Below are positions 1 to 14,993 of a DNA stretch of 64,000 nucleotides, in pieces. How positions within the stretch are numbered: the first letter of the stretch is position 1; each line of letters opens with the position of its first letter. A program made the position numbers and the translations under genes. A model generated the notes under the pieces. That model worked only from the letters and a program-made list of their open reading frames with translations. It ran no database searches and was not told the origin of the DNA. The DNA is from Eledone cirrhosa (taxonomy: Eukaryota), in assembly GCA_964016885.1 (NCBI GenBank), contig CAXHJY010001363.1:66289-130288 (forward strand), read 5' to 3'.

Positions 1-745
1 AATGCTGAAAATCATACCCGAACAAAGGATTTTGAAGATGTATATTCTTTGTCCGGGTGGACATGTATAAAGCCAACCAAATATTCCATTTTATACTTGT
101 CTTCTAAGGATTTGACAGCTGATTAATAGCTTCCAGTTAAAAATCTGGTGTAAGTTCATCGATAATGTAGTCAAATGTATTTTTAATGATTTTTATTGCT
201 TGTGCACTTACATCAAGATTTGAAAAATGCTCTTTGACTTATAAACCTCAGACTAGTGAGAATGTCATGAAAGAATTCTAAAGGAAATGGAGATTGTTCT
301 TTTGGTTGTATTTGTCCTTGCGGGGAAAATGGTCGAGGTTATTTATCATTAGCCGAGAGTGAAAAATGATTAGTTTATGTCGAAAAGCTTTCACTGCAGA
401 GTATATGTCACATATAATCTTAGAATCGCCTTTTAATATATAATTGAACTTGTTAAGATGCGCCATTAAGTCAGTCGAGAAAAGGCAGTTTCCACGACCA
501 TTCACTGTTTACAAGTTACAGCTGAGCACGATTTTATCAATAAAAAGGAAAAACCTCAATCTCCATTCGAAAGCCTCAAAATCATGAAATAACTTTACTG
601 CTACTAAACTATCTTACAGCGGTGCAGTACAACAAATCGCTTTATTCAGCTTCTATTTCTTCTCCAGGTGTTCAAATCTGGTGAATATTAAGCATTTACG
701 ATCAAATAAAATTTTCAGTTGATAAAAATGGTTCTATCACAAATT
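1..745 (-). pseudogene. Decayed Buster/SPIN-type hAT transposase fragment (GTF2IRD2/EPM2AIP1-like)
   Basis: Minus-strand reading gives STENFI*S*MLNIHQ, EIEAE*SDLLYCTAVR*FSSSKVIS*F*GFRMEIEVF and DLMAHLNKFNYILKG...IYSAVKAFRHKL...NLDHFP. These match the family motifs TVNFIRSRALNHRQ, EYGDLLYHTEVRWLSRGKVL and HLNxLNxxLQG...VKAFxxKL...HFP. Many stops and frameshifts. Confidence 0.85.
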
Positions 746-835
746 CTTCTTCTTCTTCTTCTTCTTCTTCTTCTTCTTCTTCTTCTTCTTCTTCTTCTTC
801 TTCTTCTTCTTCTTCTTCTTCTTCTTCAACAACAA
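743..835. repeat. (TTC)n then (CAA)n microsatellite
   Basis: Direct; explains the poly-E and poly-L ORFs. Confidence 0.95.
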
Positions 836-946
836 CTCTGCGATGGACTGACGTCCTGTCCAGGGGAGAGCCTTGCGCTCTCAGTCGCCAGGGAAACCAA
901 GGTAAGCACCGGCCCGATGAGCCTCCAGGTTCGAGATAGACTTTAG
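836..946 (+). mobile_element. 3' half of CORE-like tRNA SINE (family C)
   Basis: ctgcgatggactgacgtcctgtccagggg...ggaaacc...taagcaccggcccgatgagcc matches the 3' half of the fuller copy at 20456-20735 (-). Confidence 0.7.
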
Positions 947-948
947 AC

Positions 949-1236
949 CAGACATGAACAACCTGCGGCTCGCGAAGCTTTCTCAATGGCTTGCCTAAGT
1001 TACCTAAGTGAAATCTTTCTGATTTTTTTACCCCAACTTTTCAGTCGTAATTTATCTTTCTATCATTTTTACGATCGAGGAAAACGTGTAACGAATTCTG
1101 AAGAAACAAATTAAAACAACCTGAGTTACCACCCTTTTTTTAATGTGGGCATGAATGTAAATTAGCGCTTGCGGCCCGCCTGATGATGAGCCATATCTCA
1201 TGGGGCCCGCTTCTTGAAAAGGGTTGCCCATGCCTG
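949..1236. mobile_element. hAT (Buster/Charlie-type) MITE
   Basis: TIRs cagacatgaacaacc / ggttgcccatgcctg; exact 8-bp TSD CTTTAGAC at 941-948 and 1237-1244 with central TA. Confidence 0.9.
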
Positions 1237-1540
1237 CTTTAGACTTTTTAGAGTTGTAATACATTTTACACGTTTCCAAACCAAATTGTATTTTATCTCG
1301 TCAATATTTTGTCCACTTCGTCTTCCTTACATCTTTAAATGGCGCTCACTGAAGTTAGTATTAATTAGTATTAATTAGTTTCGTTAATACGGCAAATGAA
1401 CAATAGCAACACCGAATTGTCAGACACATCCGCTGATTCTCCAAGAAGCAGAGAAAACCATTGAAAATCTTCTGCTTTATTGTTTAATTGACACACGATG
1501 CTGCCTCTTATGTCTTAGATTCTCCTCGTTACTATTTTTA

Positions 1541-1602
<62 letters not shown>

Positions 1603-2231
1603 TGGACATTTCTTTAACAGTTACTTTCATACAAGATTTCATTAATTCACCAATGAATGGTTTTCCTTCTTTCTAACAAATAGGCTACTCTCGAAATAGC
1701 TTTATCCGTAGCTTCATTATAACATTTATCTTATTGAAAAATGATTGTTGTAATAAAATATTCCTTTTTCAAGCTTTCATAATTCTCATGGCTTAGCTTT
1801 TCTGGTAGATGAGAATAGCGAAATGAATGCTTCGTTTAGTAACGCCTAAATATATTATACTCCTTTAGCACTGCAACAATTCCACTGCATATTACACACA
1901 TTTGCTCTTGTGGATGTTGTTGTTTTCAGTTACAAAATATTCCAGCCTCCAATGTTCTTTAAAAACGCAACATTCACAGTCTATTTTTCACCTTTTCTCT
2001 TGTGGCATTGGGAAGCAATCTTCTCTACATATATTTTCGTGTTAATAAAGTCAAATGCTGTGATCGTGTATCGTAAAAAAAAAGGTGCATATTTACATAA
2101 GTGACCTGACGAGAGGTGATTCGACAATTTTGTTTCTTATTCAGCTTAAACGTGTCTTGTTGAAAATGTAAGTGCACAGTTGGCCAATTCAATTATGTTC
2201 TGGTTTCAACAATGTTATAGTAAAAATGAGA

Positions 2232-2449
2232 AGGCGGCGAATTGGCAGAGTCGTTAGAAGGTCGGATAGAATGTTTTGTGGTATTATTTCCGTTTGTTTG
2301 TTCTCTGAGTTCAAATCCCGTCGAGGTCAACTTTGCCTTTCGTCTTTTCGAGGTGGATAAAAAAAAGTACCAGTCTAGTACTGGGGTCGGTTCTTCCTTT
2401 TTATTTCTTTCTCACTTTCTATCCTTCTCTGGAAGAAATCTGCTGTGTT

Positions 2450-2451
<2 letters not shown>
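2232..2451 (+). mobile_element. tRNA-derived SINE, family B
   Basis: A-box-like tggcagagtcgttag, B-box gagttcaaatcc, central gaggtcaactttgcctttc...gataaaa...gtaccag, tail ctggaagaaatctgctgt; other copies occur in the window. Confidence 0.8.
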
Positions 2452-2483
<32 letters not shown>

Positions 2484-2485
<2 letters not shown>

Positions 2486-2685
2486 CAAAGGAATTGTGGT
2501 AAGGAACCAGATGGACCATAACGCACCAGAGTACTCAATACTTAGGGTAGTAGAGTGGGAAATAGGAAAAAGTATGATCCCCGACAGCAGAGCTCAAGCC
2601 GTTTCGACGGCTATTTCTGGTCCAGAGTCCAGAAATAGCCGTCGAAACGGCTTGAGCTCTGTCGTCGGGGTCTTACTTTTTCCTA
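2484..2685. mobile_element. Fold-back Penelope-like terminal fragment in (TA)n with hammerhead 3' half
   Basis: Inverted arms 2563-2620 / 2629-2685; GAAAC-GGC...GTCGTC-GGGGTC; same family at 52393-52588. Confidence 0.7.
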
Positions 2686-2704
2686 TATATATATATATAT
2701 ATAT

Positions 2705-3270
2705 CTGAGGAAGGGCTTATGCCCGAAACGTCGTTCCCCACCAACACCCCACTCTCCAGAGCGTGAAATTAATAAACATTCGTTGTACTGCCTCTCTGTT
2801 TTGTTCCTGTTCAAATTTTTCCATTATATATAATACACGCTCACACGGCTTCCATTCCTTGGAACATAACTTAACTAGCGGCTCAACCCCGATCTAATCC
2901 GCCGTGACCTTTCTCCGAACTTTACGCACCTTCCCACACTTGGTCTTTCCTTCCACGCATTACCTCTGTTTGATTTTGTTACTGTACTTGTTTATTTCCG
3001 TATATGATTCTTTGATTTAAATTTATTTCATTCCTTGTATTTTGATCATGCTTTATTTTTATTTTTATTTTTAATTTCATTCGCACCGTTTCCTTTCGCT
3101 ATATGTCTCTCCACCACTCCCCTACACACCCTTTGAACTCTGTTCCCACACACTTCTCACCTGAGGAAGGGCTTATTCCCGAAACGTCGCTCGCTCCCCA
3201 CCAACACCCCACTCTCCAGAGCGTGAAATTAATAAACATTCGTTTTGTTCCTGTTCAAATTTTTCCATTA
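2705..3270 (+). mobile_element. Penelope-like pseudo-LTR fragment with two direct hammerhead-core repeats
   Basis: ctgaggaagggcttat(g/t)cccgaaacgtcg plus a ~100-nt tail with AATAAA occurs at 2705-2825 and again at 3161-3270; third copy at 12138-12441. Confidence 0.7.
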
Positions 3271-3274
3271 TATA

Positions 3275-3546
3275 TGGAAAAGAATGAAATGAAATTTCAT
3301 TTCTCACTCTTAGTACGGATGATACCTAAATATAAGTATGTATACGTACATAAATATATGTGTACATCGTCGATGGTTGCCGAGCACTGTACGGCATAAT
3401 TCGGGCTGTTTGTTTACAAACAAACCGAGCATTATAATACATGTTCGGTAAACCCATAGGTACATATATATATGTGTGCATGTATGTATATATATACATA
3501 CTACTGTGCCTCTGTACACATATATGTATATACGTATACATACTTA
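3275..3546. mobile_element. Fold-back fragment of the 40817-41212 hammerhead family
   Basis: 3275-3366 is the reverse complement of the family tail; 3371-3546 is the forward internal segment. Confidence 0.7.
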
Positions 3547-3564
3547 TATATATATATATATATA

Positions 3565-5740
3565 CTAGCAGAAGTACCCGGCGTTGCTCGGATATTAAAT
3601 AGCAGTTGTGTATACCATTTATGTCAATACTTCAGTGCTGCTTCGAAAACTATACTTTTACAAAATCATCGACTTTTTCCAAAAGGAGGTTCCTGCCCCC
3701 AGGGGTCCCCTACCCAATATGTGCCAATTATGAGAGTTCACATTCATCTGTAGGAGAAACGTAGTCCATGTGTCAAGTTTTGTGAAAATCGGTTGCGAAC
3801 TCCAGAAGTTATGACGTTTTGTTGCATTGCACTGCACTGCTTCAGTCGACTCCAAGGAAGTGGTTAAGTGGTTAAAGGGGTTATCTGCCTATAATCAATA
3901 TCTGGAAAAATGACAGTGCCCATGACCATCCGGAGTACATAAGTAACCTATGTCTTAAGTTTGGTGAAAATACTGTAGAAATGCATAAGGTTTATACATA
4001 CGCGCGTGCGTTCGTGTGTGTGTGTGTGGGGGGGGTATGTCCGTCGGGTAATACATATGTACTGGCCTAAATCTTCACTATTTACTTTTACCATTTTAAT
4101 AACCTCTGTCATTTTCGTTTTCAATTTTATTTACATCATTCTTAAACTCCGGGGCTGGAAATCATTCTGTTATTTTAAATAGAATATTAGTCTAACGACT
4201 CCATTTATACCATAAACTTGGTCTTGTCTTTGCATGAAATTGTTCTTCACGGTCCACATAACGATGTATTATCCTCGCTTTTTTCCCGTTCATTGCGAGG
4301 GAACGTCTTCACGAACCAAATATCGTCTTCCTGTTTTCTTCGCAATTTAAGGGTTTTATTTCTTTTGATGGAAAACAGTGACCGTTTTCGATTTGGCATT
4401 TCGTAAAATGGTACTGCAGAATTGATTTCATAAAACGGTACTGTATGATAGTTTACACTTTGATTGCCCTGGTCAGCAAGAGGGGCCTCTATATATTAGA
4501 TGTTTATTAGAAGAGGGGGAAATAACTAACCCCAGTATTAGAACAGGGGGTTCGCAATGTAAGGGTTTTATTTCTTTTGTTAGAAAACACTTACCTTTTT
4601 CGGTTTGACATTTCGTAAAATTCTACAGCAGAATCGATTTCATATGATCGTTATAGAATTATTTAAATTTAATATAGAGCAATTGTAATTTAAAAATGAA
4701 AATGAAACGTACTGTAGTAGCCAAAAGTTTATTAACAGCGAAATAACGTTGTCTTTGATATGTTATTTTAAATAAGACAATGAATTGAAAAATACTACTT
4801 ACTGTTAGTGGTGGTCAACATGTATTAGAAATAAAATGAAAATGATATCTGAAAAAACGTACTTGAGAACATGACTCCCATCTTCGCAATTTAAGGGTTT
4901 TATATCTTTTGATGGAAAACAGTGATCGTTTTCGGTTTGGCATTTCGTAAAATGGTACTGCAGAATTGATTTCATAAAACGGTACTGTGTGTTAACAGCG
5001 AAAGAACGCTGCGAAAGAACGCAGCGAAAGAAATTGATGAGTTTAAAAATTTGTATGAAATTGTAATTAAGACAATGAATATTGAAAGTAGTAGAACAGG
5101 GGGAAATAACTCAATTAGACGTTTATTAGAAGAGGGGGAAATAACTAACCCCAGTATTAGAACAAGGGGTTCGCAATGTAAGGGTTTTATTTACGGTACT
5201 GTATGATCGTTATAGAAGTATTTAAATTTAATATACAGCAACTCTAATTGAAAAATGAAAATGAAACGTACTGTAGAAGGCAACAGTTTATTAATCTGCA
5301 TTTTCAAACTTGCATATCATCGACATTGCTATTTCGCTGTTAATAAACAACGCTTCTCATTGTACGCCGTCCAGCCCCAAGTGCATATTTCTATTTTTTT
5401 CATGAAACTGCTTCTTTATAATAAACTTTCAATAATATTTTTCAAATTATTGGTACTGTATGTTAACAGCGAAAGAACGTTGATGAGTTTAAAAATTTGT
5501 ATGAAATTGTAAATAAGACAAAAGTATTAGAACAGGGGGAAATAACTCACCGAACGCGATAGTTTTGGGGCCCCAGGGACCATATTTTTCAAGTTAGAGA
5601 TTTGAAACCTCGTCTATTTGCTTCCCTGGCACTTTTTACATAGGTGTGTAAATTTTCATGTCAGTCCGACCACGTCTACTACCATTTAACCGTGCTCATT
5701 TGAATTTCAACCACCGCCCATTTCACAAATATATATTAGA
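3565..5740 (-). mobile_element. Non-autonomous Helitron-like element (possibly composite) with internal duplications
   Basis: Minus strand starts TC at 5740 and ends with hairpin ccgagcaacgccgg followed by CTAG at 3565, inserted between A and T. Repeated internal blocks near 4340, 4555, 4885, 5170 and 5455. Confidence 0.6.
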
Positions 5741-5746
5741 TATATA

Positions 5747-6322
<576 letters not shown>

Positions 6323-6348
6323 TTATATATATATATATATATTTATAT

Positions 6349-6400
<52 letters not shown>

Positions 6401-6487
6401 TATATATATATATTTATATATATATATATTATATATATATATAATATATAATATATATAATATATTATATATATATGTTTATATATA

Positions 6488-6526
<39 letters not shown>

Positions 6527-6528
6527 TT

Positions 6529-6620
<92 letters not shown>

Positions 6621-6805
6621 ATTTATATATATATATTTATATATATATATTTATATATATATATTTATATATATATATATTTATATATATATATTTATAT
6701 ATATATATATTTATATATATATATTTATATATATTTATATATATATATTTATATTTATATATATATATTTATATATATATATATTTATATATATATATTT
6801 ATATA

Positions 6806-6868
<63 letters not shown>

Positions 6869-6914
6869 GAAACGTGTCAAAACCCCGACAGCTGAGCTCC
6901 GGGTGTTTCGACAG

Positions 6915-6970
<56 letters not shown>

Positions 6971-7399
6971 ATACACACATTTACATGCGTCTGTCTTTGT
7001 ATATGTCCCGTAACTTGACCGTTCAACTAAAAGAATTCGATAAAATAAGAAAATAAGTAGTATGATCCATATGATCGGCTATAGTAAAATAACTGATACC
7101 AGTAAATGAGTAAAATAACAAATCAATAAAAGAATGCTAAGAGGAAGGAGAGAAAATTCGATCTTTGTGTGATGGCAAGATGAAAATATATGAAGCAAAC
7201 GAATTAATATAACTTGCATATTATTGTCGTTATCAATATCATACATAGACAAATATTAGAGTTAGAATTGCAACTAAACATCTGTATTAAAGTGGAATTT
7301 ATTTTAATGATATTAGAAAATCTAAGCCTAACAACGGTCAAATTATATTGAGAAGGGTTTTAATAACTGTAAACATTAAACAACTTTGAAATAAACCAT

Positions 7400-8966
7400 G
7401 TTTGTATATTTTTATAACCAAAATATATTTCTCTCCAACCACTTAAAAGCTTCAGTGGGTGTTTTAAGCGTAAATTGAGCATGTACTATATTTAAATCAG
7501 TAATTTGCTGATAATTTCGCAAGTTCAGCTAAACTAGCTCAGTCTGAAAAGATGCTTTAAAGAGACCTTGTTAAAAATCGAACAACATATTGCTAAATGC
7601 GATTGATTTTTCCAATAACCACTAGGAATTAATTATAGCCCTGTAACTTGGATGGAAGTAAAAGGTATAAACCTGTAACATCGAAGATTTTCAATTAACA
7701 TTTAGCTAATGTAATTATGTGTAAATGTAATTATGTGTAATAAGTTCACTAAACATCTTCTCCATCGTAACAAAAGTTAACTAGTGTAAAATATATTCTC
7801 GTGAGAGTTAATAAAATTGCAGGCGAGGTAAAGCATTGAGTAAGAACTCTGACACAGAAAGAAAAATAAAACAGAAAATGTAAAGACGTTTCTAGAACCA
7901 GTTTAATGTATATCTGCTATAAATGGTGTGATGAAGAATACGAATCAAGCTCGACTAGAAGATCTTTACAACTAGAAGAATGTAAATATATAACTCAATA
8001 ATTTAAAATGTTGATACAACACTATAACAGTTTCTATTATCGATTAGAGAAATATTCATTACACAGCGCGACAAAGATATATTACAGAAAGCCATCTTGA
8101 AATAACTTAAGAATTGAATGTTGTGGAAACAACGAAGTATTCTTTTATTCAATTTTATTTTTATATTTGGATGAAAAGTTCATAGGTTCACCAAGATAGA
8201 ATGACCAAATGAGGTTTATTTTTGCAACACAACACAGTCCCAGGAAAGAAACAATGCAGTTATTAATAATAAGGGTTCAAATTAATACATGCAAGATTTC
8301 ACAGCTCTAACATCACTCCTTCGCTGGCTGACCAAGATACTCTCATGGAATGACCAAATTAGGTTTATTTTTGCAACACAATATAGTCCCAGGAAAGAAA
8401 CAATGCCGTTATTAATAAGAAGGGTTCACATTAATACATGCAAGATTTCACAGCTTTAGCATCACTCCTTCATAGACTGACCAAGATACTGACATGGAAT
8501 GACCTAAAGAGGTTTTCTTTTTTTCCAATATAGTCCCTGGAAAGACACAATGCAGTTATTAATAAGAAGAGTTGAAATTAATGCAGGCAAGATTTCACAG
8601 CACTAGCATCAATCTTTCATAGTCAGCCTATGACATGTTCAGCTTACCTTATATGTTGACTGTGACTGACAAAATAAATGGTTCTCAAGAGTTTTTTTAC
8701 TCACGGTGCATTTTTGAAAAATCAAAACTAAACTGAACGCAGAAACTACCTCTCATTCTTAGCAGGGTTGACAGATTGTGCCATTTATCGCAAATCTTGT
8801 TACTAAACTTTACTTCTTTGCCACTTTCATAGCTATATATGAACTTTCATCTGAATTTCAGTTTGTATTTTTCACATCTTAAAACTTAATCTTAATCTTT
8901 TTCGGCGCATGTAGTTCCATCTGGTGAGCATCAAAGCGTCACGGCGCACGGTTTGCGAACCACTGG
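7400..8966 (+). pseudogene. Possible very decayed hAT element interrupted by the mariner MITE
   Basis: hAT-like right end ggtttgcgaaccactg at ~8950-8966 and faint VLKR-like remnants near 8680; weak. Confidence 0.3.
8165..8652. mobile_element. Degenerate mariner-type MITE with three internal tandem units
   Basis: tgaaaagttcatagg...ccaagata and tagtcagcctatga ends; same family as 42842-43326. Confidence 0.75.
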
Positions 8967-9091
8967 ACTAGATTGATATGATTGGTGTCCAGCTGTAAGC
9001 CGACGTCTGTGGTGTTGATATGAGCTGGAAAACAGTTCCAGGAGGGGGGGGCGGTTACGTTCGAAGGAAGAAGGACTGAAGACAGTGATTT

Positions 9092-9300
9092 AATAATAGT
9101 TTCTTATATAGGCACAAGGCCAGCAATTTTGGTGGAGGGGAAAGTCGATTAAATCGACCCCAGTGCGTGACTGGTACGTTATTTTATCGATCTCGTAAGG
9201 ATAAAAGTTAACCCCGGCGGGATTTCAACTTAGATCATAAAGGGCCATAACTCTATGCTTCAAAACAAGGCGTCCGACCCTCTACCGATACTGCCGCCAC
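9092..9300 (-). mobile_element. SINE family A (long variant)
   Basis: Reverse complement of the tggcagtatcggtagagggtcggacgcc...gttaac...gataaaataa.gtaccag...gccttgtgcc consensus. Confidence 0.8.
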
Positions 9301-10857
9301 CCCCCACCCCATAGACAGTGATTTAATAATAGGGCCTGATAGGGAAGACACAGAATGGATGACGAGAGAAGGAGAAATGGGTGGGATAGGAATGTAACTC
9401 GCTATCTCTGAAGCGCAGAAACATTTGTGACAGGGGTAAAAGAGAACACGTTAGGAGACAAGGCATCTGTGTGTTAGTACCTGGAATGCAATGGTGAGTG
9501 AGCCCTTGTCAGACAGCTGGATCACCTTCTCATAGATATGATTTACAAGGATTTATTTATGTAGCAACAGCGCCATTCTTGGTGTGGGGATAATAATTTC
9601 CTGAAATATGTTTAAAATGAACTATCGATATCAATGTTACTGTTGTTAAGAAAAGTTGTATAGAATTGTTGTTGTGGGTTAGTTGAAGGTCAGCTTTTAT
9701 CAAGCAGACTTATGATCAAAGCGTTCCAACCATGACTACCACAAATTATTTCCAGAGAATGTATAAAAGTTTACGATATCCAATATATCTTTCCCGTTTT
9801 AAGACAAGCTTTGATTTCAATGAGTTTTAGCTGTTATGTTTAACACATCGAGTATTCCTGTAGATGTTCTCTCGTTGATCCATTTATATACAATCAACAA
9901 ATATGGAGGCTAAAAAATAAACATTTCAATTATAATACAGATATGGATAACACAAGATAGGGTGAACAATGACAGGAACCAAGGAAAAATATAACAATCG
10001 TAGTTTCGCTCACGTTAGAATTCCAGCTTTCACTATCTCATGAAAAGTAAAAACAGCAAACATCCTAACAATGAGAAAGATTTGATTAAAATACAATTTA
10101 GAATGGAGAAGCGAGATATTTCATTCTTGTGTAATATGTTTTCCTTCAGCAAGGGAGAGCTCACTTTTGTTCTCCCAATTAGAGCTAGAATGAATAGAAA
10201 ATATCTACAACCTGGAATTATGTATTATGCTAGTGAAAACTGCATTACGTCAACCATATCAGTTATGGAATATGATGATTCATGTTGATAACAAGTCTCC
10301 TACTACTTGTAGATAACATAGATATTATTAGTCAATATATTCTATCTGTTGGAACACTAAAATTTCCAATTTTTCTAAGATTCTTCTATGGATATATAAA
10401 CATGAACCTATAAATAATTGAACTAATGATAATCCATTCTGAGGAAAACATTCTCATTTTATAACAATGATATTCTGCCTGTTCTCAAGAATCCATTTCG
10501 TCTGTTATAGAAGAATTTATCCCTCAATCGTTCTTATTTTCAAACATGTCAATTTATTCTGTATAACACTTTATTTATTTTTTTTTTTTATCAAGTATAT
10601 GTTATTCAATGTCCGGGCAACGTGTATTTTTCTCATAAGAATATACTCACTTTTCTAACAGCTGAATTGGTCATATTGTAATTTAAACAGAGGTAAATTT
10701 TCGTCACATTACATCTACATAAGATATTCATAAATGTATTCTCCTTCTGCTCCTTTTTTATGGTATATCAAGTACTTTTTTCCAGATTTCTTTTAAGATT
10801 TATTATCAGCGGGGGTAGTTTTTAATGTCAGTATTTCTTTTCTAGGTTTCATATAAA

Positions 10858-11062
10858 ATAATTGTTTCTACTTTAGGCACAAGGCCAGCAATTACCCAGT
10901 GTATTACTGGTACTTTATTTTATCGACCCCATAAGGATGAAAGGCAAAGTTAACCTCGGCGGGATTTGAACTCAGAATAGCAAGGGCCGTAACTCTATGC
11001 GTAACTCTATGCGTCAAAGCATGGCGTCCGACCCTCTACCGATACTGCCAATTCACCGCCCT
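10858..11062 (-). mobile_element. SINE family A, full length
   Basis: Consensus match; flanked by direct repeat catataaaataat (10850-10862, 11066-11078). Confidence 0.9.
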
Positions 11063-11416
11063 TAACATATAAAATAATGTTAACTAAAATATTGTCAGAT
11101 GTAGAGCTAAGCTGACCAAGCTATATCTTAAAGCCTCATAATCATCAGGGCCTCAAAAACTATATTTTTAGTTTCCCGAGACCTTCTGGTGTGATTCCTT
11201 TAACAAGGGGATTCTAAGGTTTATGTAAGGGCTTCACCAAGCCTACATCCACCATAAATCTAAGGATTCTTTTAAGTATATCCTGTGTGTCCTTTGATGA
11301 GAAAAGCTTTCAAATTTCTTTTATTAAGGAACACAACGTTTGTCTATCTAGTTAACTTCTTAAACTACAATTTATAAAATTCTTACATAACCCTTTCTCT
11401 GTATAGAAATAATCAC

Positions 11417-12483
<1,067 letters not shown>

Positions 12484-12640
12484 ACACACGCACACATGTC
12501 TGGTGAGAAGATTGGCTCTGAAATTGAGCCTATAACAAAAATATGGATCTTGAACCAACCATCTGTGAAACGTTCGTAACAGCCTAATCAATAAAAAGCA
12601 ACACAATGTCAAAACTCGTTTTGTTTTTTAAATATATATA

Positions 12641-12767
12641 TGATTTCTCCCGAATGAAACAGTTCTAGTCCTGTAGAAGCCATTTCTATATTAAATATTT
12701 ATACTCTGCTATGCATTGAGTACCTTACTTACTGTGGTTACCCCCGATTGAACCCGGGATAAACTTA
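12641..12767 (+). mobile_element. 5'-truncated tail of the 16590-16740 hammerhead family
   Basis: tgatttctcccgaatgaaacagttctagtcctgta...aacccgggataaactta. Confidence 0.7.
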
Positions 12768-12800
12768 TATATATATATATATGTGTGTGTGTTATTATTA

Positions 12801-13810
12801 GACGCGTCTTTCCCCAGCTCGTCTCCTTGACGGAGTTGCAGTCCTGGGTCAAGCGAAGACCGAGAGGGAGCGCTTGGAGACTGGAATGTCTTCAGGCGCT
12901 CACAGCCCTCGACCAATCGGGCAATGTCATCGGTGGAAACTCCACCTTGGCGTTCTATAGAGGATTAGTGGAGGGGAAGAGCGACGACGTACTTGGGGAA
13001 ACTCTAGGCGTCGACGAAAATCAACTAGCCAATCTTTTCGGAAGAACTTTCGGGCCAGGGCCTATGGACAACATCCAGAAATCCCTGGCCTGGAGCTTTG
13101 CCAGTTCGGGATAAACTCTACAGGCATGGAGGTGCCGTCAGCCGGGCATGTCCGAGATGCGCGCAGGGCGACGAAACCGTCCTGCACGCACTCGTCCAGC
13201 ATTGCTGACTTGTGGGTTTATGTCGAACACCTGCTGTCGCGTGTAGGACGGATCCAGCTATCAGCTGAGTCCATCGTGAGGATTGCCCCGCCCTCTTCCT
13301 TTAGCCGGGAAGGGCAGGCAGTTTTTATATGTCTGATGGCCATGGCGAAAGAGATAGTATGGTGGACACGTTTGAAAGGGCTGAAGACGAGCACTTACCT
13401 CTTCGGTGATGCCCTGATTAACTTTTTCAAATTTCATTTGAAAAGGAAAATCGGGGTAGAGAGGGAAGTGCTCTCTTCCCAGTATTTTGTTGAAAGATGG
13501 GTGAGAAAGGCAAGAATGGCCCGAGTGAATGGGCCTACTCTGAGTATGTGTCTGTAAATTAAAGGTGGAAAACTGGGAGAGGGCACTTGCCCTGGTGGTC
13601 AGGGTCACTGTGGCTTTTTAATGGGCTTTCTCCACGAATGTCCCTCGGAAGTCTCCCTCCTATTGGGGAATTTTTTCCTTTTTTCTATTATTACATCCTC
13701 TGTTTCTTGTTTTTTACACGCAGAAATGTCCATTTGTACCGTCCTGTATTGTCCTGTACTGTCCTTAATGTCTACTTTATGTAAACCCTTGTGGTTAATA
13801 AAGAAAGCAT
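12801..13810 (+). mobile_element. 3' end of L1/Tx1-clade LINE (frameshifted ORF2 C-terminus plus 3' UTR)
   Basis: Zinc-knuckle-like RACPRCAQGDETVLHALV at ~13143-13198, QKSLAW and RDKLYRHG motifs, GC-rich, AATAAA then (ATT)n. Confidence 0.8.
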
Positions 13811-13849
13811 TATTATATTATTATTATCATTATTATTATTATTATTATT

Positions 13850-13990
13850 AATCCCGTCGAGGTTAACTTTACCTTTCATCCTTACGGGGTCGATAAAATA
13901 AAGTACCAGTAACGCACTGGGGTCGATTTAATCGACTTCCCCTCCCCTTTAAATTCCTGGCCTTGGGCCTAAAGTAGAAACAATTATTAT
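13850..13990 (+). mobile_element. SINE family A, 5'-truncated
   Basis: Consensus match. Confidence 0.85.
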
Positions 13991-14072
13991 CATTAAGGCT
14001 AGATAGTGAGTCTTGTTACTCTGGAGTTTCGCCTGTTTACCACAGACTCATCCGACTAGAACTCAGATATAA

Positions 14073-14164
<92 letters not shown>

Positions 14165-14450
14165 AATACATAGTACACAATTCCTTCAATATATTATCAG
14201 TATATGAAAACTATATATAATCGCACAGTTATAATAGAATGGCTGTCATCGTTGTAGTAAAGAAAATAGAAATAATAGCAACAAATGATAGGATAACGAT
14301 ACTCATATCTAATTTTTACTATGTTTGTTTTTTTAACATATCAAAATGTTATCTTATTTTAAGGCTTCCCTGATTAAATTCATCCAGACTTCATTAATAT
14401 AAGACTTTGGGCTCCTTCACTTCATATTTGTTCTATTAGAATTTTTATTT

Positions 14451-14705
14451 AAGGTCATGACTTGTCAGAGTCGTAAGAACGACAGATAGATGCATTGCAG
14501 TATTCATTTCCATTCTCTGCTCTCTGAGTTCAAATGCCACCGAGGTCAACTTTTATCCATTCAGGGTCGATAAAAATGTACCAGTCTAGTACTGGGATCG
14601 GTTTTTCCTCTATACATCTTTCTCACTTCCATTCCCTCACTCTTTATCCTTCTCTAGAAGAAATCTGCTGTATTCAAACCTGGAGAGAGGATGCTCTTTG
14701 CCAGT
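14451..14705 (+). mobile_element. SINE family B
   Basis: Match to 2232-2451 and 58195-58455. Confidence 0.75.
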
Positions 14706-14870
14706 TATAAAAAGAAATATTCCCTAGAAAGATCTCTTACCAATAAGCCACCTTTCCGACTCCCTTGGGGGTTACGGAACCATATATCCAATTTTTATTT
14801 AAGAATTAATGAGATACGTTTTTTACAGGTGTCATTCAGTAAAATAAAAACAAAATGTCTTTCTTTTCAG

Positions 14871-14993
14871 GTCGAATGCAAATCCAACAACACATATTAA
14901 GGCAACCGGTAACGAAGGTGAATCAAGGGGAAGCAACTTGTGGTATAACACCTGGTCAGGAACAAGCTATAACAACTTCTTCGCGACTTGAAG
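14871..14993 (+). CDS. Internal exon (phase 1/1) of single-pass membrane protein
   Basis: ttcttttcAG acceptor, aag|GTaatt donor, 123 nt, open frame RMQIQQHILRQPVTKVNQGEATCGITPGQEQAITTSSRLE, in phase with the next exon. Confidence 0.6.

Noticed and set aside
911-940. ccgatgagcc...ggttcgaga as a hammerhead
   Set aside because: Both this and the 21961 copy lack CUGA and GAAA; it is part of the SINE tail
10040-10288. 82-aa ORF as an upstream exon of the membrane protein gene
   Set aside because: The phase-1 frame after the candidate acceptor at ~10149 hits a stop and there is no convincing donor
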